Below are positions 37,737-46,544 of a stretch of 48,306 nucleotides of DNA, in pieces. The DNA comes from an uncultured Rikenellaceae bacterium (GTDB lineage Bacteria > Bacteroidota > Bacteroidia > Bacteroidales > Rikenellaceae): contig CAMWRR010000001.1 of assembly GCA_947176715.1 (NCBI GenBank), forward strand, positions 1 through 48,306, written 5' to 3'. The notes beneath the pieces are model-generated. The model was not told where the DNA came from. It made no database searches and was given only the letters and a program-made list of their open reading frames with translations. The stretch's first letter is position 1. Each line of letters starts with the position of its first letter. The position numbers and the translations under genes were made by a program.

Positions 37737-38249
37737 ATGAAGAAAATTTTGTTTTTGACGGTCGCTTTGGTCGGCCTCTCTATCGCCGCTAACGCACAGA
37801 ACGTCAAGATTGCACGTGTCAACACTCAGGACATTATGGCATCTCTTGCAGATGTGGATTCTGTCAGAGTGAAGCTCGAGGCCTTCGCAAAGGATTTGCA
37901 GGACGAGCTCGAAACCATGCAGGTGGAGTACAACAACAAGCTCGAGTCGTACAGCAAAACCAAGGCTGCCCTGACTCCGGTTATAGCCTCGCAGAAAGAG
38001 CGCGACCTCAACGACCTCGCACGTCGCATACAGGAGCGTAACCAGACCGCGCAGGAGGACTACAACAACGTGCAGATGTCGCTCATGCAGCCCATCATAG
38101 GCAAGGTGGACGAGTCTATCAAGAAGATAGCCAAGTCATTGTCGATAACCGTAATATTCGATGCACAGGACGGTCCTGTCTATATCGACGAAAATACTAT
38201 TGATATAACCAGCAACGTGATAAAAGATTTGGGCGGTACGCTTAAATAA
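37737..38249 (+). CDS. skp: OmpH/Skp family periplasmic chaperone (second paralog)
   Basis: Signal peptide MKKILFLTVALVGLSIAANAQ, 170 aa, in tandem with the first skp as in other Bacteroidota. Confidence 0.85.
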   Translation: MKKILFLTVALVGLSIAANAQNVKIARVNTQDIMASLADVDSVRVKLEAFAKDLQDELETMQVEYNNKLESYSKTKAALTPVIASQKERDLNDLARRIQERNQTAQEDYNNVQMSLMQPIIGKVDESIKKIAKSLSITVIFDAQDGPVYIDENTIDITSNVIKDLGGTLK

Positions 38250-38260
38250 TCGCGAGGACG

Positions 38261-38301
38261 AAAAAACAGGGCATCCTTTCTATGGGGTGCCCTGTTTTTT
38301 T
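38261..38301. terminator. Bidirectional rho-independent terminator (skp on +, probably obg on -)
   Basis: AAAAAA-CAGGGCA...TGCCCTG-TTTTTTT hairpin lying 12 nt after the skp stop. Confidence 0.75.
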
Positions 38302-38461
38302 ATGCGAGATGCTTTGCAGATCGCTTTCGACGGTGCTGCTTATCGGACGCATGGATCGGCTACTCGCGGCTCGTCGCGGGGAGAGAGGAGTATGCCTGAT
38401 TCCTTGCCGCTATTGTCGCTATGCAAAAACGCGATGGCAACGGTAACGGGAAACGGTCCGG

Positions 38462-39472
38462 CTATAACGGCTCTGTTATCATTCTGTACAGACGGTCTTT
38501 AAGCTCCGGTACGGCCTCGCCTGTCACCGACGATATATAGATATAAGGTATGTCTATCACCCCTTTGGCCTCTATCTCCTCCGAGAGGTGCTGTTTCAGC
38601 TCGTCGTCTATCATGTCGCACTTGGTTATGGCGAGCATGCGCTCCTTGTCGAGCAACTCGGGGTTGTACATTTTAAGCTCGTTGAGCAACACTGCGTACT
38701 CGGCCGAGATGTCGGCGCTCTCGCAGGTTATCATGAAGAGCAATACGGAGTTGCGCTCTATGTGGCGTAAGAAGCGCATTCCGAGGCCTCGTCCCTCGTG
38801 GGCCCCCTCTATGATGCCCGGTATGTCGGCCATCACGAACGACAGACCGTCGCGATACTCCACTATGCCGAGGTTAGGTTCCAAGGTGGTGAAGGCGTAG
38901 TCGGCTATCTTTGGTTTGGCGGCCGATACCGCCGACAGCAACGTCGACTTGCCGGCATTGGGGAAACCTACCAGACCTACGTCGGCGAGCACCTTTAGCT
39001 CGAGTATGAACCACCCCTCCTTGCATTCGCCGCCCGACTGGGCGTAACGCGGAGCCTGATTGGTGGCGGTACGGAAGTTCCAGTTGCCCAGACCGCCGCG
39101 TCCGCCGGGTATCAGTATCACCTCCTGGCCGTCTTCGGTCACTTCGCACATGACCTCGCCCGTCTCGGCGTCGCGTGCCACGGTGCCGAGCGGGACCTCT
39201 ATGCGTATGTCGGCACCGTTCTTGCCGTGACATTTGGCCCCGCCGCCGCTCTCGCCGTTCTCGGCGTGTATGTGCTTGCGGTATTTGAGGTGTATGAGGG
39301 TCCAGTACTGGGCGTTGCCGCGCAATATGATGTGTCCGCCTCTGCCGCCGTCGCCGCCGTCGGGACCGCCGAACTCCACGAACTTCTCGTGCCTGAAATG
39401 AGACGCACCGTTGCCGCCGGCACCCGACCGACAGAATATCTTAACGTAATCGACAAAATTAGACTGAGCCAT
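38462..39472 (-). CDS. obg: GTPase Obg/CgtA
   Basis: Glycine-rich Obg fold (GGDGGRGG), G1 motif GFPNAGKST and G4 motif TKCD. I used the internal ATG at 39470-39472 ([12 protein letters not shown]). Confidence 0.93.
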   Translation of the reverse strand: MAQSNFVDYVKIFCRSGAGGNGASHFRHEKFVEFGGPDGGDGGRGGHIILRGNAQYWTLIHLKYRKHIHAENGESGGGAKCHGKNGADIRIEVPLGTVARDAETGEVMCEVTEDGQEVILIPGGRGGLGNWNFRTATNQAPRYAQSGGECKEGWFILELKVLADVGLVGFPNAGKSTLLSAVSAAKPKIADYAFTTLEPNLGIVEYRDGLSFVMADIPGIIEGAHEGRGLGMRFLRHIERNSVLLFMITCESADISAEYAVLLNELKMYNPELLDKERMLAITKCDMIDDELKQHLSEEIEAKGVIDIPYIYISSVTGEAVPELKDRLYRMITEPL

Positions 39473-39636
39473 AACCGTTGTTTGAGCCGGTAAAGATAAC
39501 ACATTTTTCCTAATGCCGCCGCCTCCGCAGAGGCCGGCCGGCTATCGCTCCGTCACAAATTACGTGCCCGGTGCGAGAAGAGACGGTGTCGCGTAACGGG
39601 AAAAGAGGTATCTTTACGACATAAAATATAAACCTT

Positions 39637-40503
39637 ATGAATTTCAGTTTATCTATCGACAGAGCCGCCTGCATAATGTGCGGACGTTGCGTAAGGGTGT
39701 GTCCTTCGCGCATCTTCTCCTTATCGGACGAGGGCGGCAGACATATAGCTACCGATGAGTCGCTCGGGTGCATAGAGTGCGGCCATTGCGTAGACGTATG
39801 CGAGAGCGGGGCCGTACGCCACTCGCTTTTCGGCCACGACAAGCGACACGCCGTAGACAGAGAGCTGCTGCCGCGTCCCGAGTCTCTGTTGGAGCTTATA
39901 CGTTCGCGCCGCTCCAACAGGGCGTTCCGCAAGGAGCCGGTGCCCAGAGAGTCGCTCGACCGCATAGTGGAGGCGGCCCATCTGGCCCCTACGGCCAGCA
40001 ATGGGCAGGAGCTTGAATTTGTGGTGATAACCGATCCCGAACACCTCGGGACTATAAGCCGTTACGTGATGGATAAGTTCTCGGGAATGCTACGTATATT
40101 GAAGAGTCCTGTGATACGCACCGTCGTAAAGATGGCGGCTCCCGCCCTGTGGCGTTACGTGCCGCGGTTCGAGCGCATGAAAGCGGCCTATGAGACGGGC
40201 TACGATCCGGTGTTGCGTGGAGCGGCGGCGGTTGTCTTCATCTGCGCTCCCGAAAAGAGCCGCTTCGGGTGTCAGGATGCCAATCTCGCCTATCTGAACG
40301 GGTCGTTGATGGCCGAGAGTCTCGGTGTCAGCCAGTTCTACACGGGCTTCGTATGTACGGCCGCCTCGCGCGACCGTCACGGCAAGCTGGAGCGTATGCT
40401 CGGCATAGACGGACGCATAATGGCCGGTATGGCGTTGGGGATGCCGGCGTTCGGATACCCATATTACGTCGACCGCAAACCGCTTGATGTCAAATATATG
40501 TAA
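39637..40503 (+). CDS. Nitroreductase family protein with N-terminal 2x[4Fe-4S] ferredoxin domain
   Basis: CIMCGRCVRVCP and CIECGHCVDVCE motifs, followed by a nitroreductase-like region (RRSNRAF...). Confidence 0.8.
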   Translation: MNFSLSIDRAACIMCGRCVRVCPSRIFSLSDEGGRHIATDESLGCIECGHCVDVCESGAVRHSLFGHDKRHAVDRELLPRPESLLELIRSRRSNRAFRKEPVPRESLDRIVEAAHLAPTASNGQELEFVVITDPEHLGTISRYVMDKFSGMLRILKSPVIRTVVKMAAPALWRYVPRFERMKAAYETGYDPVLRGAAAVVFICAPEKSRFGCQDANLAYLNGSLMAESLGVSQFYTGFVCTAASRDRHGKLERMLGIDGRIMAGMALGMPAFGYPYYVDRKPLDVKYM

Positions 40504-40524
40504 GACATTGCCCGTTGCGTGCAG

Positions 40525-40567
40525 GCCTGTTGCGGAGTGTGGAGCCCGCGACAGGCTTTTTTGTTTT
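40525..40567 (+). terminator. Rho-independent terminator after the nitroreductase gene
   Basis: Stem GCCTGTTGCGG ... CCGCGACAGGC, followed by TTTTTTGTTTT. Confidence 0.8.
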
Positions 40568-40682
40568 CGGGAGTAGAAGGCCCAATACAGGTGCGCGGAA
40601 GAATAATCGCAGAAAAATTGTCGTTTTATTTTTATTTTTCAATCGAAACTTGTACTTTTATGACAAATAAAAATAAAAAACA

Positions 40683-42380
40683 ATGGAAAAACTTATAGAA
40701 TGCGTCCCCAATTTCAGCGAGGGGCGCGACATGAATATCATAAACGCTATCGTTGCGGCCATAGGGTCTGCGGAGGGAGTTAAGGTTCTCAACGTCGACC
40801 CGGGGGCGGCCACCAACCGCACCGTCGTCACATTCATAGGCGGGCCGGAGGCTGTGGTTGAGGGTGCTTTCCGCGGCGTGGCCAAGGCGCAGGAGCTGAT
40901 AGACATGCGTCACCATACGGGCGAGCATCCGCGCATAGGCGCCACCGACGTATTGCCGTTGGTGCCGGTGGCGGGCGTCACTATGGAGGAGGCCGCCGAG
41001 CTGGCACGCGGGTTGGCCGAGCGTGTAGGCACCGAGCTGGGCATACCCGTATATTGCTACGAGAGTGCCGCTTTCGAGGAGAAACGCCGTAACTTGGCCT
41101 CGTGCAGGGCGGGCGAGTACGAGGGGCTGGAGAAGAAGCTCGCCGACCCTGCATGGCGTCCCGACTACGGCCCGGCGGAGTACACCGAGAGCGTGGCCCG
41201 TAGCGGCGCCTCGGTGATAGGTGCGCGCGACTTCCTGCTCGCCGTCAATTTCAACCTCAACACCACCTCTACGCGTCGTGCCAACGCCATTGCTTTCGAC
41301 GTGCGCGAAAAGGGGCGCCCCAAGAGAGAGGGCGGCTCGCCGGTGGGCAAGAAGATAGTCGACGCCGAGGGCAACGTGGTTATGATACCCGGCACCCTCA
41401 AGGGGACTAAGGCGATAGGCTGGTACATAGAGGAGTATGGCATAGCTCAGGTGTCGATGAACATTGTGGACATGAACTCAACTCCTCTGCACATAGCCTA
41501 CGAGGAGGTGTGCCGCAAGGCCGAGGCCCGTGGCGTGAGGGTTACCGGATGCGAGGTGGTGGGTCTGTTGCCGCGCAAGGTGCTCATAGATGCCGGACGG
41601 TACTATCTGAAGCTGCAGCGACGCTCCACCGGCGTCAGCGAGGAGGAGTTGGTAAAGATAGCGGTGCGCTCCATGAGCCTCTCCGACCTCGCGCCGTTCA
41701 AGCCCGAGGAGAGGGTGATAGAGTACCTCATAGCCGACAGGTCGCCCAAGCTCGTGGACATGACCTGCAAGGCGTTCGCCGTAGAGACGGCATCGGAGTC
41801 GCCCGCACCCGGCGGCGGCTCGGTGTCGGCGTACATGGGGGCCCTCGGGGCGGCGCTCGCTACCATGGTGGCTAACCTCAGCTCGCACAAGGCCGGCTGG
41901 GACGACAGATGGGAGTACTTCTCCGACATGGCCGACAAGGGTGCCGCCGTCATGACCGAGCTGCTCGCACTCGTAGACGAGGACACCGCCGCCTTCAACC
42001 GTATAATGGACGTATTCGCCATGCCCAAGGAGACCGCCGAGGAGAAACAGGCGCGTCGCGAGGCTTTGGAGAGGGCCACCCTCTACGCCACCGAGGTGCC
42101 CCTGCGCACCATGAAGACCGCCGTTCGCGCTTTCGAGGTGATAGAGGCCATGATAAAGGAGGGCAACCCCAATTCGGTGTCCGACGCCGGTGTGGGTGCA
42201 CTGGCCGTGAGAGCCGCCGTGCAGGGGGCGTTCCTCAATGTAAAGATAAACGCCGCCGGGCTAAAAGACCGCGAAAAGGCCGGCGATTTGGTGGGCGAGG
42301 CCACGATATTGGCTGCCGAGACCGACAAGCGCGAGGAGGCGTTGCTCGAGATGGTCGAGGATAAGATAAAAGGGGCTTAG
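40683..42380 (+). CDS. ftcD: Bifunctional glutamate formimidoyltransferase / formimidoyl-THF cyclodeaminase
   Basis: 565 aa. MEKLIECVPNFSEGRD is the canonical formiminotransferase N-terminus. The C-terminal 200 aa or so (APGGGSVSAYMGALGAALATMV) is the cyclodeaminase domain. Confidence 0.9.
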   Translation: MEKLIECVPNFSEGRDMNIINAIVAAIGSAEGVKVLNVDPGAATNRTVVTFIGGPEAVVEGAFRGVAKAQELIDMRHHTGEHPRIGATDVLPLVPVAGVTMEEAAELARGLAERVGTELGIPVYCYESAAFEEKRRNLASCRAGEYEGLEKKLADPAWRPDYGPAEYTESVARSGASVIGARDFLLAVNFNLNTTSTRRANAIAFDVREKGRPKREGGSPVGKKIVDAEGNVVMIPGTLKGTKAIGWYIEEYGIAQVSMNIVDMNSTPLHIAYEEVCRKAEARGVRVTGCEVVGLLPRKVLIDAGRYYLKLQRRSTGVSEEELVKIAVRSMSLSDLAPFKPEERVIEYLIADRSPKLVDMTCKAFAVETASESPAPGGGSVSAYMGALGAALATMVANLSSHKAGWDDRWEYFSDMADKGAAVMTELLALVDEDTAAFNRIMDVFAMPKETAEEKQARREALERATLYATEVPLRTMKTAVRAFEVIEAMIKEGNPNSVSDAGVGALAVRAAVQGAFLNVKINAAGLKDREKAGDLVGEATILAAETDKREEALLEMVEDKIKGA

Positions 42381-42543
42381 GCCTAACCGGACAGGGTCCT
42401 AGCCGGACGGGCAAAAAATTAAGCGATAACGAAAGTAAGTCACGTTTAGCGTTGCATCTCGCATTGAACGGACAGTAACGCGTAATACGGGCGGGCCGAA
42501 GTTTGCGGGGAACCGCGTCTCGCGGCGGGCAGAGAGAAAAAAT

Positions 42544-42613
42544 GTCCACAAGCGGAAAGGCTTATGAATTACTGACGTGGTTGCGGGCCTCCGTTGATGG
42601 GAGGCTTCGGCCC
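42544..42613 (+). repeat. Interspersed intergenic repeat, copy 3: module K (42544-42559), 21-nt spacer, hairpin module H (42581-42613)
   Basis: GTCCACAAGCGGAAAG, then TTGCGGGCCTCCGT-TGAT-GGGAGGCT-T-CGGCCC. It matches copy 1 at 28/33 core positions, with the differences confined to predicted loops. Confidence 0.6.
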
Positions 42614-42819
42614 TCAGCCTGAAAGGGTGAAACCTTTGGCCCGATGTCTCGTCCCATTTCGGAGACCTCGTTGCAATGCCTGTTTAGCTAAAGTCACCTT
42701 ACAAGAGGTGCTTCGTTTGGTTACATGAACGGCTCTAATACCGAGCACTCTAAAAGGGGCTGTGCCCCCGAAGTGGCCGCCGGAGGCAAAATAAAAAAAC
42801 AATACAAAAACCAACCGAT

Positions 42820-44826
42820 ATGACATTCGCAGAAGAGATAATCGCGGGCATAGGCGACACGCTTCCCCCCGCCCGTCCATACGATGAGAAGATCAACCAT
42901 GCGCCGCGCCGCAAAGACATACTCTCGCCCGACGAGAAGCGTCTGGCCGTGCGTAACGCCCTGAGGTACATACCCAAGAATCTGCATGCCGAGCTGGCGG
43001 GAGAGTTCGCCGACGAGCTGGAGCGTTACGGCCGCATATACATGTACCGTTACCGTCCGTCGTATAAGATATACGCACGTAACATAAAGGAGTATCCGCA
43101 TCGTTCCGAGCAGGCGGCGGCCATCATGCTCATGATAACCAACAACCTCGACGAGGCGGTGGCGCAACACCCTCACGAGCTCATCGTCTACGGCGGCAAC
43201 GGGGCGGCGTTTCAGAATTGGGCGCAATACAGGCTCACCATGCAGTTGCTCTCGCAGATGACCGACGAACAGACGCTCGTGCTCTACTCGGGCCATCCGC
43301 TCGGCCTCTTCCCGTCGCATCCGGGTGCTCCGCGTGTGGTGGTCACCAACGGCATGGTGATACCCAACTACTCGAAGCCCGACGACTGGGAGCGTTTCAA
43401 CGCCCTCGGGGTGTCGCAGTACGGGCAGATGACGGCCGGGTCGTTCATGTACATAGGGCCGCAGGGCATCGTCCACGGCACCACCATCACGGTGCTCAAC
43501 GCGGGACGCAAACAGCTCGCCGAGGGCGAAAAGTCGCTCGCGGGGAAGCTCTTCGTGTCGTCGGGACTCGGCGGCATGTCGGGAGCGCAGCCTAAGGCGG
43601 CCGTCATAGCGGGCGTGGTGGGTGTCATAGCCGAGGTCAACCCCAAGGCGGTGGCCGTGCGTCACTCTCAGGGATGGGTCGACGAGGTCTACACCTCACT
43701 GGACGAGCTGGTGCCGCGCATACGCAAGGCCGTAGCCGGCAAGGAGGCGGTGTCGCTGGCCTATAACGGCAATGTGGTCGACCTGTGGGAGCGTCTTGCC
43801 GACGAGAATATAAAGGTGGACCTCGGCTCCGACCAGACCTCTCTGCACAACCCGTGGTCCGGCGGCTACTATCCCGTCGGCATGAGCTTCGAGGAGGCCG
43901 GGCGCATGATGCGCGACGAGCCCGATAGGTTCAGAGAGTGCGTGCAGGCGTCGCTGAGACGTCACCTCGCGGCCATAGACCGGCTCACGGCCCGCGGCAT
44001 GTACTTCTTCGACTACGGTAACGCATTCCTCTTGGAGTGCTCACGTGCCGGTTGCAATCTGGAGGTCCCCGGCGGAGGCTTCCGTTACCCGTCGTATGTG
44101 CAGGACATTATGGGTCCGCTCTTCTTCGACTACGGCTTCGGTCCGTTCCGTTGGGTGTGCTGCTCGGGCGACGAGTCCGACCTCGCCGAGAGCGACCGCA
44201 TAGCCGCCGAGGAGTTGGAGAGGCTCGCCAAGACGGCCACCGACGACATACGCGGCCAGTTAGACGATAACATCCACTGGATAAAGGAGGCCGCACGCAA
44301 CAGGCTGGTTGTCGGCTCGCAGGCGCGCATACTCTACGCCGACGCGGCCGGCCGTACCGCCATAGCCCTTGCCTTCAACAAGGCCATAGCCGAGGGGCGC
44401 ATAAAGGCCCCGATAGTGCTCGGGCGCGACCACCACGACGTATCGGGTACCGACTCACCCTATCGCGAGACCTCCAACATATACGACGGCTCGCGCTTCA
44501 CGGCCGACATGGCGGTGCACAACGTGATAGGCGATTCGTTCCGCGGCGCCACGTGGGTGTCGCTCCACAACGGCGGCGGATGCGGCTGGGGCGAGGTGAT
44601 AAACGGCGGCTTCGGAATGGTGATAGACGGTTCGCCGGAGGCCGAGGCGCGCATAAAGTCGATGCTTCTGTGGGATGTCACCAACGGCATCGCCCGTCGC
44701 AGCTGGGCCCGCAACAAGGGGGCGATGGACGCTATCGAACGTCAGATGGAGACTACCGACACCATGCGCGTCACCATGCCCAACATAGCCGACGACGATA
44801 TTATCGACGGACTATTCCGTGGGTAA
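42820..44826 (+). CDS. hutU: Urocanate hydratase
   Basis: 668 aa with the NAD-binding GLGGMSGAQ motif and overall urocanase layout, in hut gene context. Confidence 0.93.
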   Translation: MTFAEEIIAGIGDTLPPARPYDEKINHAPRRKDILSPDEKRLAVRNALRYIPKNLHAELAGEFADELERYGRIYMYRYRPSYKIYARNIKEYPHRSEQAAAIMLMITNNLDEAVAQHPHELIVYGGNGAAFQNWAQYRLTMQLLSQMTDEQTLVLYSGHPLGLFPSHPGAPRVVVTNGMVIPNYSKPDDWERFNALGVSQYGQMTAGSFMYIGPQGIVHGTTITVLNAGRKQLAEGEKSLAGKLFVSSGLGGMSGAQPKAAVIAGVVGVIAEVNPKAVAVRHSQGWVDEVYTSLDELVPRIRKAVAGKEAVSLAYNGNVVDLWERLADENIKVDLGSDQTSLHNPWSGGYYPVGMSFEEAGRMMRDEPDRFRECVQASLRRHLAAIDRLTARGMYFFDYGNAFLLECSRAGCNLEVPGGGFRYPSYVQDIMGPLFFDYGFGPFRWVCCSGDESDLAESDRIAAEELERLAKTATDDIRGQLDDNIHWIKEAARNRLVVGSQARILYADAAGRTAIALAFNKAIAEGRIKAPIVLGRDHHDVSGTDSPYRETSNIYDGSRFTADMAVHNVIGDSFRGATWVSLHNGGGCGWGEVINGGFGMVIDGSPEAEARIKSMLLWDVTNGIARRSWARNKGAMDAIERQMETTDTMRVTMPNIADDDIIDGLFRG

Positions 44827-45044
44827 CGGGTCTCGCTCCTACCGGCATGTCGGACATTCGGCATGAGGAGGCCTGAAATTAAATCGCCTCTTTTGTACGC
44901 ATTCCCGGTCATGTGCGGTTCGGGAAGCGGAAGAACGGACAGAAGACCGCCCCCGACAAAGGCCTCTTAGAGGCGGATCGTTTTGTAAGCTGCAACTGAA
45001 ACTTTTGATAAAACGGGCATCCGTGCCCACAAAAACATATCGTC

Positions 45045-46544
45045 ATGGCAATTCATCACATAGGTCCCGAGCCTCTGACCGTAGAGCAGGTGGGACGCAT
45101 AGTATTCTCCGACACCGAGCTGGCCCTCGGCGAGAAGGCCCGTGAGAGCGTGGCCCGGTGCCGACGCTATCTCGACGAGCGCATAGCCTCTTCGGAGAAG
45201 CCCATATACGGCATCACTACCGGCTTCGGGTCGCTCTGTAATGTGTCGATAGAGAGCGACAGCCTCCGCGAGCTTCAGCGTAATCTCGTCATGTCGCACG
45301 CCTGCGGCTCCGGCGACGAGGTACCCTCCGAGATAGTGCGCATAATGATGTTCCTCAAGATACAGTCGCTCAGCTACGGGTGCTCCGGGGTGAAGCCCGA
45401 GACGCTCGACAGGCTCGTCGACTACTACAACGCCGGTGTGGTGCCGGTGGTCTATCAGCAAGGCTCGTTGGGGGCTTCGGGCGATTTGGCGCCTCTGGCC
45501 CACATGACGTTGCCGTTGCTCGGCTTGGGCGAGGCCTATTACAAGGGCGAGAGGCTCACGGGCGAGGAGATATGCCGACGTCTCGGCGTGGAGCCGATAG
45601 TGCTCGGGGCCAAAGGGGGGCTGGCGCTTCTCAACGGCACGCAGTTCATGTCGGCATACGCCGTGTGGTCGTTGCTCGAGGCGCGTCGTCTCTCGGGATG
45701 GGCCGACTGTCTGGCCGCCCTCAGCTTAGAGGCCTACGACGGTTGCCCCGACGCTTTCGAGGAGGCGGTGCACCGTGTGCGTCCCCATGCGGGTCAGCTG
45801 GAGACGGCGCGTGCGGTAAGGTCGCTGATAGAGGGTAGCACCATAGCCTCGCGTCCCAAAGCCTACGTGCAGGACCCCTACTCGTTCCGTTGCGTGCCGC
45901 AGGTGCACGGGGCGGTCAAAGACACGCTACGTCATGTGGAGGAGGTGGTGACGACCGAAATCAACAGCGTCACCGACAACCCCACCATACTGCCCGACGA
46001 CGATATGATTCTCTCTGCCGGCAACTTCCACGGCGAGCCGCTCGCACTCGTCCTCGACTATCTGGCCATAGCCCTCTCGGAGCTTGCCAGCATATCGTCG
46101 CAGCGGGTCTATCAGCTCATAGGGGGCAAGCGCGGTCTGCCCGCGTTTCTCGTGGCCGAGCCGGGGCTCAACAGCGGCTTCATGATACCGCAATACTCCA
46201 TAGCCTCGGTGGTGAGCCAGAACAAACAGCTCGCCACTCCCGCCTCGGTCGATTCGATAGAGTCGTCGCTCGGGCAGGAGGACCACGTGAGCATGGGGGC
46301 CAATGCGGCGACCAAATGCGCGCGCGTGGTCGACAACGTATGGCGCGTCCTCGGGGTGGAGCTTATGAACGCGGCGCAGGCGTTGGATTTCCGCCGTCCG
46401 CTCAGAAGCTCCGAGGCACTGGAGCGTCTGCATGCCGACTATCGGCGCGTGGTGCCGTTCGTGGAGCGCGACAGGGTGCTATACACCGATATGGCCTCGT
46501 CGGTGCGTTTCATTAAAGATACTCGTTATGAAGACTATAATTAA
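45045..46544 (+). CDS. hutH: Histidine ammonia-lyase
   Basis: 499 aa. Carries the MIO-forming ASG triad in GSLGASGDLAPLAH. Confidence 0.95.
   Translation: MAIHHIGPEPLTVEQVGRIVFSDTELALGEKARESVARCRRYLDERIASSEKPIYGITTGFGSLCNVSIESDSLRELQRNLVMSHACGSGDEVPSEIVRIMMFLKIQSLSYGCSGVKPETLDRLVDYYNAGVVPVVYQQGSLGASGDLAPLAHMTLPLLGLGEAYYKGERLTGEEICRRLGVEPIVLGAKGGLALLNGTQFMSAYAVWSLLEARRLSGWADCLAALSLEAYDGCPDAFEEAVHRVRPHAGQLETARAVRSLIEGSTIASRPKAYVQDPYSFRCVPQVHGAVKDTLRHVEEVVTTEINSVTDNPTILPDDDMILSAGNFHGEPLALVLDYLAIALSELASISSQRVYQLIGGKRGLPAFLVAEPGLNSGFMIPQYSIASVVSQNKQLATPASVDSIESSLGQEDHVSMGANAATKCARVVDNVWRVLGVELMNAAQALDFRRPLRSSEALERLHADYRRVVPFVERDRVLYTDMASSVRFIKDTRYEDYN

Noticed and set aside
42571-42584. Possible sigma-54 (-24 GG / -12 TTGC) or ECF-type promoter reading of the conserved TTGC and upstream CGGAAA words in the repeat
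   Set aside because: None of the three copies has a TGGCAC-like element at the required N5 spacing from TTGC. Candidate -35/-10 ECF words do not align between copies. Copy 1 is not upstream of any plus-strand gene.
42381-42819. THF, ZTP or other known riboswitch in the hut spacers and in 3700-3900
   Set aside because: I could not find the conserved cores I remember for these classes on either strand. This is a by-eye negative and should be re-tested with Infernal.
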